From an uncultured Bacteroidota bacterium (GTDB lineage: Bacteria; Bacteroidota; Ignavibacteria; UBA10030; UBA6906): a stretch of 64,000 nt of DNA. Positions within the stretch are counted from its first letter, which is position 1. Every line of letters begins with the position of its first letter. The notes beneath the pieces were generated by a model that worked only from the letters and a program-made list of their open reading frames with translations, did no database searches and had not been told where the DNA came from. The stretch covers positions 864,001-928,000 of the forward strand of contig CAVOYH010000003.1 in assembly GCA_963700635.1 (NCBI GenBank). The letters are read 5' to 3'. The position numbers and the translations under genes were made by a program. Positions 49,575 through 60,220 of this stretch are shown in pieces.

Positions 49575-50530
49575 AACACCTTATAGAAGAGTACCTGCAC
49601 CATCTGCAACTGGAGAAAAACGCATCTGCGAACACGATCACATCCTACAGGCGCGATCTCGAACGGTACCGGGATTATGTGCAATCCGCAGGCATAGAGG
49701 CCCCTCAACAGATTACCACCGATCGGGCTGCACGATTTCTTCAGGGGCTCCAGGCCGATGGACTTGCCGCCACCTCGGTGATGCGCTGTCTGTCAGCCGT
49801 GCGCGGATTTCACCGGTTTCTGATGGCTGACGGTATCACGACGCACAACCCGACCGAGACGCTGGATTCGCCACGCCGGCGGCGGACACTGCCGGGTGTT
49901 CTGACCCGCGAGGAAGTTGAGTTGATCATGGCTCAGCCTGCACCCTCACCCGCAGACTCCAAGAATCTCTGGGTGCGCGACAGGGCTATTCTCGAAGTGC
50001 TGTATGCGACGGGGATCCGGGTATCGGAATTGATCACCCTCCCGCAGGCGCATCTGTATGCCGAAGAGGGGATGGTGAAGGTTTTCGGGAAGGGATCCAA
50101 GGAACGGCTGGTTCCCATTGGACCGGCGGCACTTCACTGGGTGGCGCGCTACAAAGCCGAATCCCGTTTTCTTCTGCAGAAACGCCTCGCAACACACGAT
50201 ATGCTCTTCTTGAATACACGTGGTACCCCTCTTACACGGGTGGCCATATGGCAAACGGTACATCACCATGCCCTCAAGGCAGGGATTTCCCAGAGGGTGC
50301 ACCCCCACACATTCCGGCATTCCTTTGCAACCCATTTGCTGGAGGGAGGGGCCGATCTGCGTGCTGTTCAGGAAATGCTCGGACACGCCGATATCTCAAC
50401 AACCCAGGTTTATACACACATTGACCGCACCTATCTGAAACAGGAATACGACAAATACCACCCCAGGAGCGGAGTCGAAGAGTACCATGCACAAGTCCAA
50501 TCAAGTAAGGGCGTTCAGACACCTGGATGA
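49571..50530 (+). CDS. xerD: Site-specific tyrosine recombinase XerD
   Basis: S.NT..SY.RDL, RDRAILEVLYATGIRVSEL, GKGSKERLVP, HPHTFRHSFATHLL and LGHADISTTQVY. Confidence 0.92.
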   Translation: MKHLIEEYLHHLQLEKNASANTITSYRRDLERYRDYVQSAGIEAPQQITTDRAARFLQGLQADGLAATSVMRCLSAVRGFHRFLMADGITTHNPTETLDSPRRRRTLPGVLTREEVELIMAQPAPSPADSKNLWVRDRAILEVLYATGIRVSELITLPQAHLYAEEGMVKVFGKGSKERLVPIGPAALHWVARYKAESRFLLQKRLATHDMLFLNTRGTPLTRVAIWQTVHHHALKAGISQRVHPHTFRHSFATHLLEGGADLRAVQEMLGHADISTTQVYTHIDRTYLKQEYDKYHPRSGVEEYHAQVQSSKGVQTPG

Positions 50531-51971
50531 CGTTCTCCCTCTGACCCTGGCCGATGTCCGCCGGGATATCGTGGGCATCTCCACCCCCGTGCCGCTGCTG
50601 GATGGGACAGAGCGTCCGTACGTCTTCCTGGACAACGCCGCAAGCACGCCCTCCTTCGGCAGCGTCCTCCGGTGTGTCGAAAATTTTCTTCCATGGTATT
50701 CTGGCGTGCATCGGGGGACGGGTTTCAAGTCGTTGCTGGCCACCGAAGTATTTGACGCTGCCCACGATGTTGTCGGCAGATTTGTCGGTGCCGATCTTTC
50801 CCGCAATACCGTCATCTTCGCGAAGAACACTACGGAGTGCGTCAACAAGCTCGCCAACCGCGCGGGCCTCCGTCCGGATGACATCGTGGTGAGTACCCTC
50901 CAGGAACATCATTCCAACGACTTGCCCTGGCGGAAACACTGCACCGTCATCCATGTTGGTGTGCTGGAGGATGGCCATCTCGATCTTGACCAGCTCCGGG
51001 CGGTACTTCAGAAATATCGTGGACGGATAAAATTTGTTGCGATCACCGGGGCGTCAAACATTACGGGTCTGTGCGCGCCTGTTCACGATATTGCGGAGTG
51101 GACCCATGCAGCGGGTGCCCGGTTGTTTGTGGATGCCGCCCAGCTTGCGCCGCACCGGCCCATCAGCATGCTTCCTGATGATGATCCGCGCCACATCGAC
51201 TTCCTCGCGCTCTCAGCCCACAAGATGTATGCTCCGTTCGGAACGGGCGCACTGGTTGGTCCCAGAAGTTTTTTTGATGAAGGCGAACCCGATATGGTCG
51301 GCGGTGGAGTGGTGGAGATTGTGACTCTGGAAAGTGCGCACTGGAATCGTCCGCCGCACAAGGAGGAAGCAGGAACCCCCAACGTCATCGGGGGTGTGGC
51401 CCTTGCGGCTGCTATCGCGGTGCTTGAGTCGGTGGGGATGGAAACGATCGCCGGCCACGAGACGAAGTTGCTGACGTATGCCTATGGCAAACTCCGCCGC
51501 ATGCCGGGGATTGTTTTATACGGACCAACAGAGCACTTCGACGACAAAGTCGGCACGATCACCCTCAACGTCGAAGGAAAACATAACGGTCTTGTTGCCG
51601 CCATACTCGGGATCGAAGGCGGCATCGGCGTGCGGAATGGTTGCTTCTGTGCGCACCCGTATGTCAAGCACCTCCTGAAGATTACGCCTGAGGAAGACCG
51701 GGTTCTGACCGAAGAGGTGCGGACAGGGAACAAGAGTCGCATGCCCGGCATGGTCCGGGCAAGTCTTGGATGTTATTCGAATGAGAGTGACGTCGATGCG
51801 CTCATCGAAATGCTCGAGCGGGTGCTCCGTGGTGACATACAGGGAACATACACGCAGGATCGCACTACCGGGGCATTTCACGCAGAAGGATACCGTCCGG
51901 ATTTCTCGCAATTCTTCCGGTATGCTCTGCCGGGAGCTCAAGGAAGAAGTCACACTTCAGAAGCATCATGA
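50487..51971 (+). CDS. PLP-dependent class V aminotransferase / cysteine desulfurase-like enzyme
   Basis: LDNAAST, VHRG, EHHSNDLPW, DAAQ, SAHKMY (PLP Lys), EAGTPN and RNGCFCAHP. Confidence 0.9.
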   Translation: MHKSNQVRAFRHLDDVLPLTLADVRRDIVGISTPVPLLDGTERPYVFLDNAASTPSFGSVLRCVENFLPWYSGVHRGTGFKSLLATEVFDAAHDVVGRFVGADLSRNTVIFAKNTTECVNKLANRAGLRPDDIVVSTLQEHHSNDLPWRKHCTVIHVGVLEDGHLDLDQLRAVLQKYRGRIKFVAITGASNITGLCAPVHDIAEWTHAAGARLFVDAAQLAPHRPISMLPDDDPRHIDFLALSAHKMYAPFGTGALVGPRSFFDEGEPDMVGGGVVEIVTLESAHWNRPPHKEEAGTPNVIGGVALAAAIAVLESVGMETIAGHETKLLTYAYGKLRRMPGIVLYGPTEHFDDKVGTITLNVEGKHNGLVAAILGIEGGIGVRNGCFCAHPYVKHLLKITPEEDRVLTEEVRTGNKSRMPGMVRASLGCYSNESDVDALIEMLERVLRGDIQGTYTQDRTTGAFHAEGYRPDFSQFFRYALPGAQGRSHTSEAS

Positions 51972-51992
51972 ACAGTCAGAGGATGTCCTGCC

Positions 51993-53255
51993 GTGAGCGC
52001 CTACACATACCGCGATAACGCTTTGTATGTTGAAGAAGTCCCCTTTGCGCAGCTCGTTCAGGAGTACGGGTCACCACTCTACGTGTACAGCAAGAAGACA
52101 ATTCTTGACGACATGCGGCGTATTGAAGCTGCATTTGACGGGACACCGCACGTAACATACTACGCGGTGAAGGCCAACGCAAATCCGCATATTCTGCGGA
52201 TGCTTGCCGCAGAAGGGCTCGGGGCCGACGTCGGGTCAGGAGGAGAGTTATTCCTGGCGCTCCGTGAAGGGTTTCCGCCTTCCAGGATCACGTTCAGCGG
52301 TGTTGGGAAGCGAGATGACGAAATTACGTACGCTCTTGAACAGGATATCTCGGCGTTTTATGTTGAATCCGCACAGGAGATAGAAGTACTGAATGACATT
52401 GCGGGGAAGATGGGGAAACGGGCACGGATTCTTGTGCGGGTGAACCTGGATATCGATGCCGGCGGGCACGCATACGTCTCCACGAGTCTGCGCCACAACA
52501 AATTCGGGCTGTCCCACGCGAAAGCACTGGCGGTGCTGAAAACAATCCGATCCTTCCCCCATATAGAAGTCCGTGGCATCCATAGCCACGTCGGATCCCA
52601 GATCACAAAATCGGCGATCTTCGTGAAAGCGGCCGAAGCCGTGGTCGCGCTCGTCCAGGATCTCCGCGAAGCAGGCATACGGGTTGATGATCTGGATTTC
52701 GGCGGGGGGTTCGGTATTCAGTATCACGGCTTCATACGGCAGAAGGGACTTCCCGTTGAGCATGCTGAAGAGTCCCGCCTGACAAGCACAGATCTCCTTC
52801 GTTCCGCCCTTCCGATTCTCCGCACGCTCGGCTGTGCACTTTCCATCCAACCCGGTCGCGCCATCGTTGCCCATGGCGGGGTGCTGGTCACACGGGTTCT
52901 CTACCGGAAAGAAACTGAGGAAAAGACGTTTCTTATTGTGGACGGAGCAATGACGGATCTGATCCGGCCGGCCCTTTATCATGCACACCATCAGATTGTG
53001 CCGGTACACCTGACGGGTGCGGCCTTTGAACCCGTTGACGTGGTAGGACCGGTGTGTGAGTCAGGAGATTTTTTTGCCCATGACCGGCGGATGCCCAGGA
53101 TGCAGCGCGGCGACCTGATGGCCCTGATGTGTACCGGTGCATACGGTTATGTGCAGGCTTCAAACTACAACGCACGTCCCCGTCCCGCGGAGATCATGGT
53201 GGACGGCCACAACCATATGGTCATACGCCCGCGGGAAACAGTTGAAGATCTGTAG
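51993..53255 (+). CDS. lysA: Diaminopimelate decarboxylase
   Basis: YAVKAN, DVGSGGE, SGVGK, HSHVGSQI, DFGGGFG, GPVCESGD and GAYG...SNYN.RPRP. Confidence 0.96.
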   Translation: MSAYTYRDNALYVEEVPFAQLVQEYGSPLYVYSKKTILDDMRRIEAAFDGTPHVTYYAVKANANPHILRMLAAEGLGADVGSGGELFLALREGFPPSRITFSGVGKRDDEITYALEQDISAFYVESAQEIEVLNDIAGKMGKRARILVRVNLDIDAGGHAYVSTSLRHNKFGLSHAKALAVLKTIRSFPHIEVRGIHSHVGSQITKSAIFVKAAEAVVALVQDLREAGIRVDDLDFGGGFGIQYHGFIRQKGLPVEHAEESRLTSTDLLRSALPILRTLGCALSIQPGRAIVAHGGVLVTRVLYRKETEEKTFLIVDGAMTDLIRPALYHAHHQIVPVHLTGAAFEPVDVVGPVCESGDFFAHDRRMPRMQRGDLMALMCTGAYGYVQASNYNARPRPAEIMVDGHNHMVIRPRETVEDL

Positions 53256-53280
53256 CAAGTCAGGCTCGGGAGAACGTACC

Positions 53281-53829
53281 ATGACAGTCCTACTAAAACT
53301 GCGGTTTATGCTGCCCGGAATCCTGGCGGGAATTCTGCTGGTACCCGGATGTATCCTCATTCGTACCACGGAACACCGGATCACCATCAACGAAGACGGG
53401 AGTGGCGATGCGGTATTACGCCTGATCGATTTGCGTTCCGATGAGACCGTGGATTCTCTTATCCAGCGGGACTTCCGGATCATGCTCTCGTCGTATGAAA
53501 GCGAGGGCCAAGAAAAATTCGAACGTGACGGGCGGAGAATTTCCGAAAAGAGGCTCTACGCGCGCGCCGACACACTCTATGCGGAAATCTCGTATTCATT
53601 TGCTTCCCTGATGGATATCGACGGTCTGCATGTGACCGAAACCGAATTGTATGTAGTCGTTCCCGATGGCCGGGAGGTCGTCCGTACAAACGGACGGGTT
53701 GCTCCCTGGCGCGGTGAGGATCGTCGCATCGTCTGGAAACGGGATTCACGCCGCCTTCTGTTTCAGATCCGGGAAAAGAACCTCCCACCATCCACATCAC
53801 TCGCGCGTCTGTATCGCGAACTTGAATAG
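53281..53829 (+). CDS. Hypothetical lipoprotein
   Basis: Hydrophobic stretch with VPG-C lipobox and 'ITINEDGSG' LppM-like start. GGAG RBS. Confidence 0.7.
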   Translation: MTVLLKLRFMLPGILAGILLVPGCILIRTTEHRITINEDGSGDAVLRLIDLRSDETVDSLIQRDFRIMLSSYESEGQEKFERDGRRISEKRLYARADTLYAEISYSFASLMDIDGLHVTETELYVVVPDGREVVRTNGRVAPWRGEDRRIVWKRDSRRLLFQIREKNLPPSTSLARLYRELE

Positions 53830-53842
53830 GAATTTCCAGCGT

Positions 53843-54970
53843 ATGGCGACAGGAAGAATCCGTGTCGGCGTTATCTTTGGCGGACGTTCCGGTGAGCATG
53901 AGGTGTCGCTGGTATCGGCCGCGTCCGTCATGGACGCGCTCGATCCGTCCCGCTATCAGGTTGTTCCCATCGGGATATCGCGTGAAGGACGGTGGCTGAG
54001 TTCACCCCGGGTCTTGCAGCTTCTTCGAGACCGGGCAGGTCTGGAGAATGAAACAGAATGCGTGCTCGTGCCTGAGCCGGGACGGCAGGGATTGATGGTG
54101 GTTGCGGGCGGAGGTGATCCTGTGACCCCTCTGGATGTCGTGTTTCCGTTGATCCACGGGACGTTTGGCGAGGATGGCACGCTGCAGGGACTGCTGGAGC
54201 TGGCCGATATTCCGTACGTCGGTGCAGGGGTGTTGGGTTCTGCTGCGGGTATGGACAAGATTATTCAGAAACAATTGTTTGCTCAGGCCGGACTACGTGT
54301 GCCCAAATACACCTGGGCGCTCTCTTCACACTGCAACGCCAATACCCGGAAGACCGTCACAAACGTCGAACGATCCCTGCGATATCCCGTTTTTGTGAAA
54401 CCGGCCAACACCGGATCAAGCGTGGGAATCGTCAAAGCCCACAATCGAGAAGAACTTCTCGCAGGCATATCGACTGCGGCTGCTTATGACCGCAAGGTGC
54501 TCTTCGAACAGGGAATTCGTAACGCCCGGGAGATCGAGTGTGGCGTTCTCGGGAACGATGACCCGCTTGTTTCGGCTCCCGGGGAGATTATCCCCTCGAA
54601 TGAGTTCTATGACTATGATGCAAAATATGTGGACGGAAAATCGGAAGCCATTATCCCGGCCCGACTGCCACGCCATACCGTGACGCAGGTACAACGTATG
54701 GCCCGTACTGCCTACCAGGCGATTGATTGTGCGGGGATGGCGAGAGCAGATTTCTTCGTCGGACGAAAAAGCGGCACCGTCTATATCAACGAACTTAATA
54801 CCATTCCCGGCTTCACATCCATCAGCATGTACCCGAAACTCTGGCAGGCATCCGGGATGTCATTTTCCGCTCTATTGGACAGGCTTATCACGCTCGCGCT
54901 GGATCGCCAAACGCAGAAGAACGGCTTACGCCGGTTTTACGATCCACGCGAAGAGTGGTACCGTCGCTGA
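53843..54970 (+). CDS. ddl: D-alanine--D-alanine ligase
   Basis: [37 protein letters not shown] (Tyr, D-Ala type) and [10 protein letters not shown]. Confidence 0.97.
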   Translation: MATGRIRVGVIFGGRSGEHEVSLVSAASVMDALDPSRYQVVPIGISREGRWLSSPRVLQLLRDRAGLENETECVLVPEPGRQGLMVVAGGGDPVTPLDVVFPLIHGTFGEDGTLQGLLELADIPYVGAGVLGSAAGMDKIIQKQLFAQAGLRVPKYTWALSSHCNANTRKTVTNVERSLRYPVFVKPANTGSSVGIVKAHNREELLAGISTAAAYDRKVLFEQGIRNAREIECGVLGNDDPLVSAPGEIIPSNEFYDYDAKYVDGKSEAIIPARLPRHTVTQVQRMARTAYQAIDCAGMARADFFVGRKSGTVYINELNTIPGFTSISMYPKLWQASGMSFSALLDRLITLALDRQTQKNGLRRFYDPREEWYRR

Positions 54971-54980
54971 TGTAGCGCCT

Positions 54981-55032
54981 TTCGTCCCGTGTCTCTGCAG
55001 TTCGTCGCACTACACACCACATTCGTCGCACT
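54981..55032 (+). promoter_or_regulatory. Direct-repeat operator (LytTR-like spacing)
   Basis: TTCGTCCCGT (54981), TTCGTCGCACT (55001) and TTCGTCGCACT (55022), with a 20-21 bp period. A -10-like TACATA lies at 55059. Confidence 0.55.
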
Positions 55033-55119
55033 TCCCAAACCCTGCCTCCCTGGTTCCGTACATACAAGCAGATACGGGGACCATCTCGTTTCAAGCACAC
55101 ATTCAAAGGGAGGTCAGTC

Positions 55120-55572
55120 ATGAGAACCGGAATAGTCATACTCGCAGCCGTTGTGTTGGTAAGTGTGGCAGCAACCGGCGCACTGGCGTCGGATCAGGCA
55201 GGGTCGTTGACTCCCGAGCAATATCTCCGTGCCGAACAGACGCTTCTGAACGGCCTGCAGGAGAGCAACCTCGGAGTAAAGGAAGGTTCTGCGTTTATGC
55301 TTGGTCAGCTTAAGTCATCCAGGGCGGTGATTCCGTTGATGAAGCTGCTCCGTGACGGTGAACAGGAAACCACCCGCATTGTCGCTGCCCTTGCGCTGTG
55401 CCGGATCGGCGATGCCCGGGGTCTCTATGCGGTGAAACGGGCAACCCAGTTTGATGAAAGTGAACGTGTGTCCCAGCGGTGTGCCTGGTTCTATAACTCG
55501 TATGTGAAAGCCGGAGCGTTCGAATTCGCATCGGTGGGATCTCCGGATGCGACAGAAATGGCCCGGCGATAA
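55120..55572 (+). CDS. Exported HEAT-repeat protein
   Basis: Signal peptide, SAFMLGQLKSSRAVIPLMKLLRD...RIVAALALCRIGD PBS/HEAT repeats, GGGAGG RBS. Confidence 0.85.
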   Translation: MRTGIVILAAVVLVSVAATGALASDQAGSLTPEQYLRAEQTLLNGLQESNLGVKEGSAFMLGQLKSSRAVIPLMKLLRDGEQETTRIVAALALCRIGDARGLYAVKRATQFDESERVSQRCAWFYNSYVKAGAFEFASVGSPDATEMARR

Positions 55573-55625
55573 AAACAGGCGGATTCCGGACCCCGCCAGG
55601 CAGTACCCAAAGGTGTGTACACGAA

Positions 55626-55657
55626 AACGGAGCAGCCGAAAGGCTGCTCTGTTGTTT
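55626..55657 (+). terminator. Intrinsic terminator
   Basis: GAGCAGCC-GAAA-GGCTGCTC stem followed by TGTTGTTT. Confidence 0.8.
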
Positions 55658-55744
55658 CCGGTATCCGGGTGGGAACGGGATCAAGAGGCAGGAGCCTGAA
55701 TCGGATATGCGGGCATTCTGGTGCATTGACAAGCGGAATCGCAT

Positions 55745-55773
55745 TTGAGCTTTCTCCGTTTTCCTCGTACATT
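55745..55773 (+). promoter_or_regulatory. sigma70-type promoter of ftsB-rarA-lptD
   Basis: TTGAGC-N17-TACATT, 9 nt before ATG 55783. Confidence 0.55.
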
Positions 55774-55782
55774 GGACGGTAC

Positions 55783-56127
55783 ATGGATGAGTCCTTTTAT
55801 AGAAAGCGGAAGAGGCGGTTTAACCCCAGGGAAACCCTTCGCCGCATCCTGCGCAACAAACGCCTTGTCGCGGCCCTCGTGCTGGGCTCCGTGATCGCCG
55901 GTATCGCCCTTTTCGGAAACCGGGGATTCGTTCAGCGAATTCGGCTGGAACAGCAGAAATCGGAACTGGAACAGAAGATCCGGGAAGCGGAAGCAGAACA
56001 GAAACGCCTCCAGCGGGAATCCCTCAGCCTCGACACCAGCAGCAGGGCGATTGAGAAAGTTGCCCGGGAAAAGTATGGCATGAAACGTCCCGGGGAGAGT
56101 GTCTATCGAACACCCCCGGAACGGTGA
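55783..56127 (+). CDS. ftsB: Septum formation initiator FtsB/DivIC
   Basis: Basic N-terminus, TM, FGNRG, coiled coil and IEKVAREKYGMKRPGE. Confidence 0.88.
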   Translation: MDESFYRKRKRRFNPRETLRRILRNKRLVAALVLGSVIAGIALFGNRGFVQRIRLEQQKSELEQKIREAEAEQKRLQRESLSLDTSSRAIEKVAREKYGMKRPGESVYRTPPER

Positions 56128-57443
56128 TGGATCTCTTTGACGGCACTATGCCCGCCCCGCAGGCGCGTGAGGATGCCCCTCTTGCAGAGCGCGTGCGACC
56201 AGGGGTCCTTCCGGACTTTGTCGGTCAGGATCACCTGCTCGGTGAGGGGAAACCACTTCGTATACTGATCGAACGCGACCAGGTTCCTTCCATGATCCTC
56301 TGGGGACCTCCCGGGAGTGGCAAGACCACGCTGGCACGTCTGATCGCGCGGCACACGCACGCCGCTTTTATACAGCTCAATGCAGTATCATCCGGGGTGA
56401 AAGATGTCCGGGCGGTGCTCGAGCGCGCAACCGCGCACCGCCACCGTCAGCGGACAATCATGTTTATCGATGAAATCCACCGATTCAACAAGGCGCAGCA
56501 GGACGCATTGCTGCACAGTGTTGAAGAAGGCCTTGTCACGCTGATCGGCGCAACGACGGAGAATCCGTCGTTTGAAGTCATCGCGCCCCTCCTTTCCCGT
56601 TGCCGGGTCTATGTTCTCCAGATGCTCGGCGCTGATCATCTGCGGACAATTCTGGATCACGCCCTGAGCACGGATGTACATCTGAGTAGTCGGGACATTA
56701 CGGTCAACGACCGCGACCGCCTGATCATGCTTTCCGGCGGCGATGCACGGATGCTTCTGAACGGACTCGAAACTGCGATACGGATCGCCGGGAGCGCAGG
56801 CGATGGGCCCGTCACCGTAGGACAGCATGAATTTGACGAAGCATTTCAACGTAAGAGGCAGCGTTACGACGACGGCGGGGAAGAACACTACAATATCATC
56901 TCTGCATTCATCAAGAGTATTCGCGGGGGCGACCCCGATGCGGCGGTGTACTGGCTGGCGCGAATGCTGGACGGCGGTGAAGATCCCAAATTCATCGCGC
57001 GTCGGCTTATCGTTCTTGCGTCCGAGGACATCGGAAACGCAGACCCGTACGGTCTAACGCTCGCGGTTTCCACGTTTACAGCGGTAAACTATGTGGGAAT
57101 GCCGGAAGCGCGGATTATTCTTTCCCAATGCACGACCTACCTTGCATCGGCGCCAAAAAGTAACGCCGCCTACGTTGCCATTAGCGAGGCGATGGAAGAT
57201 GCACAAAAGGGTCCGGATGCCCCTGTTCCATTACATCTCAGGAATGCCCCCACGGGTCTTCTGAAAGATCTGGGATACGGGGGCGACTACAAATATGCCC
57301 ACGACTTTGCCGGAAATGTTGTTGATCAGCAATACCTCCCTGATACCCTCAAGAACAACTGCTACTATCGTCCGACGGAAAACGGAAGAGAAAAAGATAT
57401 CCGGGAACGACTGAAGCGCTGGTGGCCGGAGAGGGGACGGTAG
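56127..57443 (+). CDS. rarA: Replication-associated recombination protein A (MgsA)
   Basis: PLAERVRP, WGPPGSGKTT, DEIHRFNKAQQD, ATTENP, SAFIKSIRG and VPLHLRNAPT. Confidence 0.97.
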   Translation: MDLFDGTMPAPQAREDAPLAERVRPGVLPDFVGQDHLLGEGKPLRILIERDQVPSMILWGPPGSGKTTLARLIARHTHAAFIQLNAVSSGVKDVRAVLERATAHRHRQRTIMFIDEIHRFNKAQQDALLHSVEEGLVTLIGATTENPSFEVIAPLLSRCRVYVLQMLGADHLRTILDHALSTDVHLSSRDITVNDRDRLIMLSGGDARMLLNGLETAIRIAGSAGDGPVTVGQHEFDEAFQRKRQRYDDGGEEHYNIISAFIKSIRGGDPDAAVYWLARMLDGGEDPKFIARRLIVLASEDIGNADPYGLTLAVSTFTAVNYVGMPEARIILSQCTTYLASAPKSNAAYVAISEAMEDAQKGPDAPVPLHLRNAPTGLLKDLGYGGDYKYAHDFAGNVVDQQYLPDTLKNNCYYRPTENGREKDIRERLKRWWPERGR

Positions 57444-57447
57444 AGGA

Positions 57448-60216
57448 ATGAACGACCGGCAGCGTTTTTTGAGGGCACCGCGCATGGTCAGCGGGAGACG
57501 GACCGGATCGGTTCCACAGATTGCGCGAGCTCTTCGCCTGCTTGCAGGTTGCGTGTTACTTGTGCCTCCTGCGGCTGGCTTTTCTCAGGTTCCATACATC
57601 CCTCCCGCACAGCACACTCCGCAGGTGCCCGATACCTCGCACACCTTTCAGGCCACCGGTTCGCCACGCACTCCGCGGATCCCTGACACACTGTCCGCCT
57701 CGCAGACACCCGCCGCGGTGCGTGATTCGATCCTTGCTTCGGCTGATACCGTCCTGGCCCGCGGCGACACTGTGTCGCGGCAGACCCCCTCCGGGATAGA
57801 CTCCGTGGTGACGTATACCGCATCCGATTCCATCACATACGACATCTCCCGCCGAACGATGTATTCACGCGGGAAAGCAACCATCGACTACAAGGAACTC
57901 GGATTAAAGGCCGACCAGGTGGACATCAACTGGAATACGGCAGTTCTCAATGCGCGCGGGTCTGTTGATTCCTCTGACACCACAGGTCAGAAGATGAAAG
58001 GTCTGCCTGATCTGATTGACGGGGCAGAAACATATTCCGGTTCCGAAATTTCCTACAACTTCAGAACCAAAAAAGGGCGGATCGATCTCGGTAAGACGGA
58101 GATCGAGCGCGGACTCTACTACGGCAAGGCAATCAAAAAAGTTGAGAGTGATGTGTTGTATGTTGACCACGGAGGATTTACCACGTGCGAGCTGGAGCAC
58201 CCGCACTACTACTTTGCCAGTCCAACAATGAAGGTCCAGGTGCGGGACAAGGTGATTGCACGTCCCATCTATCTCTACATCGCGGATGTACCGGTATTTG
58301 CCCTGCCCTTCGGGGTGTTCCCGAGCGAACGGGGAAGAAGATCCGGCCTTATCGCCCCTGCCTATGGAGAAAGCGCGCGGGGCCGTTACCTGCTCCATCT
58401 CGGCTACTACTGGGCGATTAATGACTATATGGACTGGAATGTCCGGGTAGACGGATACACAAAAGGGAGCTACACACTTTATTCCGATTTCCGGTATGCG
58501 TTACGCTATAACTTCACCGGTTCGATCAGCGGCTCATTCGGACGTGTGGTGAGCGGCGAGACAGCGGATCCGGGTTTTACGGACCAGCAGGTGTTTAACC
58601 TCCGTCTTGGCCACAATCAGGAGTTTGATCCGACGACTCGTCTTGTGGTTGACTTCACATTCACCAGCGGTTCGTACTATCAGAACACGAGTAACCAGCT
58701 CAATGACCTTCTCCGGCAGAATGTTGTGTCGAACGCGACCCTTACGAAATACTGGGAAGGGACGCCGAACAGCATGACGATCAACCTGCAGCGGGACCAG
58801 AATCTCCAGCCCACACCGGGCAGTGTCGAACTCAGCGAGGTGCTCCCGAGTCTAAGTTTTAGCAGAAGTCAGAGTTATCCATTCCGTTCCAAACGGTCCG
58901 GTGACGGCGGCAGCGCACAGCGGTGGTATGAATTGATCGGGTATTCCTACAGCGGCCAGTTGCTCAACACGCGGACGACAACACAGCAGACAGAAGGAAC
59001 ATCGCGCGATGAGCGTCGCGGCGTACAACACAGCGTGACCGTCAATGCGGCCCCGAAGCTCGGCTACTTCACCATTACGCCCTTCTTTAACTATTCAGAG
59101 AAGTGGTACGACAAACAGATTGCCAGGGACTTCTCGACCATTGACAGCTCGGTGACAACCCGTGATGTTCACACGGTGAAGGCGGTACGATACTTTGATC
59201 TGGGTGTGTCCGCAAATACGCGCTTTATTGGGATCGTCCAACCCAACATTCTCGGCATCAAAGGGATCCGGCATCAGGTGTTGCCGAGTATATCGTACAC
59301 GTACCAGCCGGATTTTTCCAAGGACCGGTACGGGTATTACGGTTCGTACCGTGATGAGGATGGGATCACGCAGCAGTACAGCCTGTTTGAGCGGGAGGTC
59401 TTTGGCGGAGCGCCGTCCGAGGAGCGGCAGGCGATCTCCATGCGAATCGGCAACGTGTTCGAAATGAAAACAGCTGCGGATGACACTTCCGACAGGGAAA
59501 ACAAATTCCAGCTGTTGAATCTGGACCTCTCCACATCATACAATTTTGCACGCGACAGCCTGCGCTTTGATGAGGTCTATATGGGGTTCAGGACGAGTAT
59601 CGGTCAATGGCTCAATATCGGTGGGAACGCGCGCTACAATCTGTACAAGTTCGAACCGGATCCAAAGAGTTCCGTCGGAGGCCGGCGCGTCAACAAGTTT
59701 CTTATCAATGAAACCGGACGGCTGGCGGACCTTACGGGGTTTTCCATCAGTCTGGGCACGCGGATCAGCGGCGAGAAGAAGAGCACGACGGCGGGACCGG
59801 TACGGACGGCGGAGGATTCACTGGCGGAGCGGGAGCGTGCAGGGTACATCGGTCTCTACGATCAACAGGCTCCCGATTTTAGCATACCCTGGAATCTGGA
59901 TCTCACCTGGAATTTTTACCAGAGCCAGCCGGGGGACCCGAGGCTCCTCTTCCGGAGCTCGACCATCGGGGGAGCGTTGGGATTCAACCTGACAGAACTC
60001 TGGAAGATCACGATGACGGCGAGTTACGATCTTATCAACAAGACGATCGCAGCACCGCAGGTCACGGTCTATCGGGACTTACATTGCTGGGAGATGAATT
60101 TCTCGTGGGTGCCGACGGGGTTCTACCGGAACTTCAAACTGGAAATCCGGCTTAAGGCGCCGCAACTGCAGGATGTGAAGCTGACAAAACAGGCGAGTGC
60201 GAGAGATATTTTTTAG
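57448..60216 (+). CDS. lptD: LPS-assembly protein LptD (Bacteroidota-type); start uncertain
   Basis: Y.A.DSI.Y OstA-like N-domain, FTTC....[14 protein letters not shown] and C-terminal [12 protein letters not shown]. Confidence 0.9.
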   Translation: MNDRQRFLRAPRMVSGRRTGSVPQIARALRLLAGCVLLVPPAAGFSQVPYIPPAQHTPQVPDTSHTFQATGSPRTPRIPDTLSASQTPAAVRDSILASADTVLARGDTVSRQTPSGIDSVVTYTASDSITYDISRRTMYSRGKATIDYKELGLKADQVDINWNTAVLNARGSVDSSDTTGQKMKGLPDLIDGAETYSGSEISYNFRTKKGRIDLGKTEIERGLYYGKAIKKVESDVLYVDHGGFTTCELEHPHYYFASPTMKVQVRDKVIARPIYLYIADVPVFALPFGVFPSERGRRSGLIAPAYGESARGRYLLHLGYYWAINDYMDWNVRVDGYTKGSYTLYSDFRYALRYNFTGSISGSFGRVVSGETADPGFTDQQVFNLRLGHNQEFDPTTRLVVDFTFTSGSYYQNTSNQLNDLLRQNVVSNATLTKYWEGTPNSMTINLQRDQNLQPTPGSVELSEVLPSLSFSRSQSYPFRSKRSGDGGSAQRWYELIGYSYSGQLLNTRTTTQQTEGTSRDERRGVQHSVTVNAAPKLGYFTITPFFNYSEKWYDKQIARDFSTIDSSVTTRDVHTVKAVRYFDLGVSANTRFIGIVQPNILGIKGIRHQVLPSISYTYQPDFSKDRYGYYGSYRDEDGITQQYSLFEREVFGGAPSEERQAISMRIGNVFEMKTAADDTSDRENKFQLLNLDLSTSYNFARDSLRFDEVYMGFRTSIGQWLNIGGNARYNLYKFEPDPKSSVGGRRVNKFLINETGRLADLTGFSISLGTRISGEKKSTTAGPVRTAEDSLAERERAGYIGLYDQQAPDFSIPWNLDLTWNFYQSQPGDPRLLFRSSTIGGALGFNLTELWKITMTASYDLINKTIAAPQVTVYRDLHCWEMNFSWVPTGFYRNFKLEIRLKAPQLQDVKLTKQASARDIF

Positions 60217-60220
60217 ACTT

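Noticed and set aside
49571-50530. Tyrosine recombinase as a phage or island integrase
   Set aside because: XerD-type sequence inside a housekeeping operon, with no att repeats, cargo genes or composition shift.
53843-54970. Van-type D-Ala-D-Lac ligase
   Set aside because: The omega loop FYDYDAKY is the D-Ala-D-Ala type, and there are no vanH/vanX neighbours.
54981-55032. Direct repeats as a mini-CRISPR array
   Set aside because: Units are only 10-11 bp with ~10-bp spacers, and there are no cas genes.
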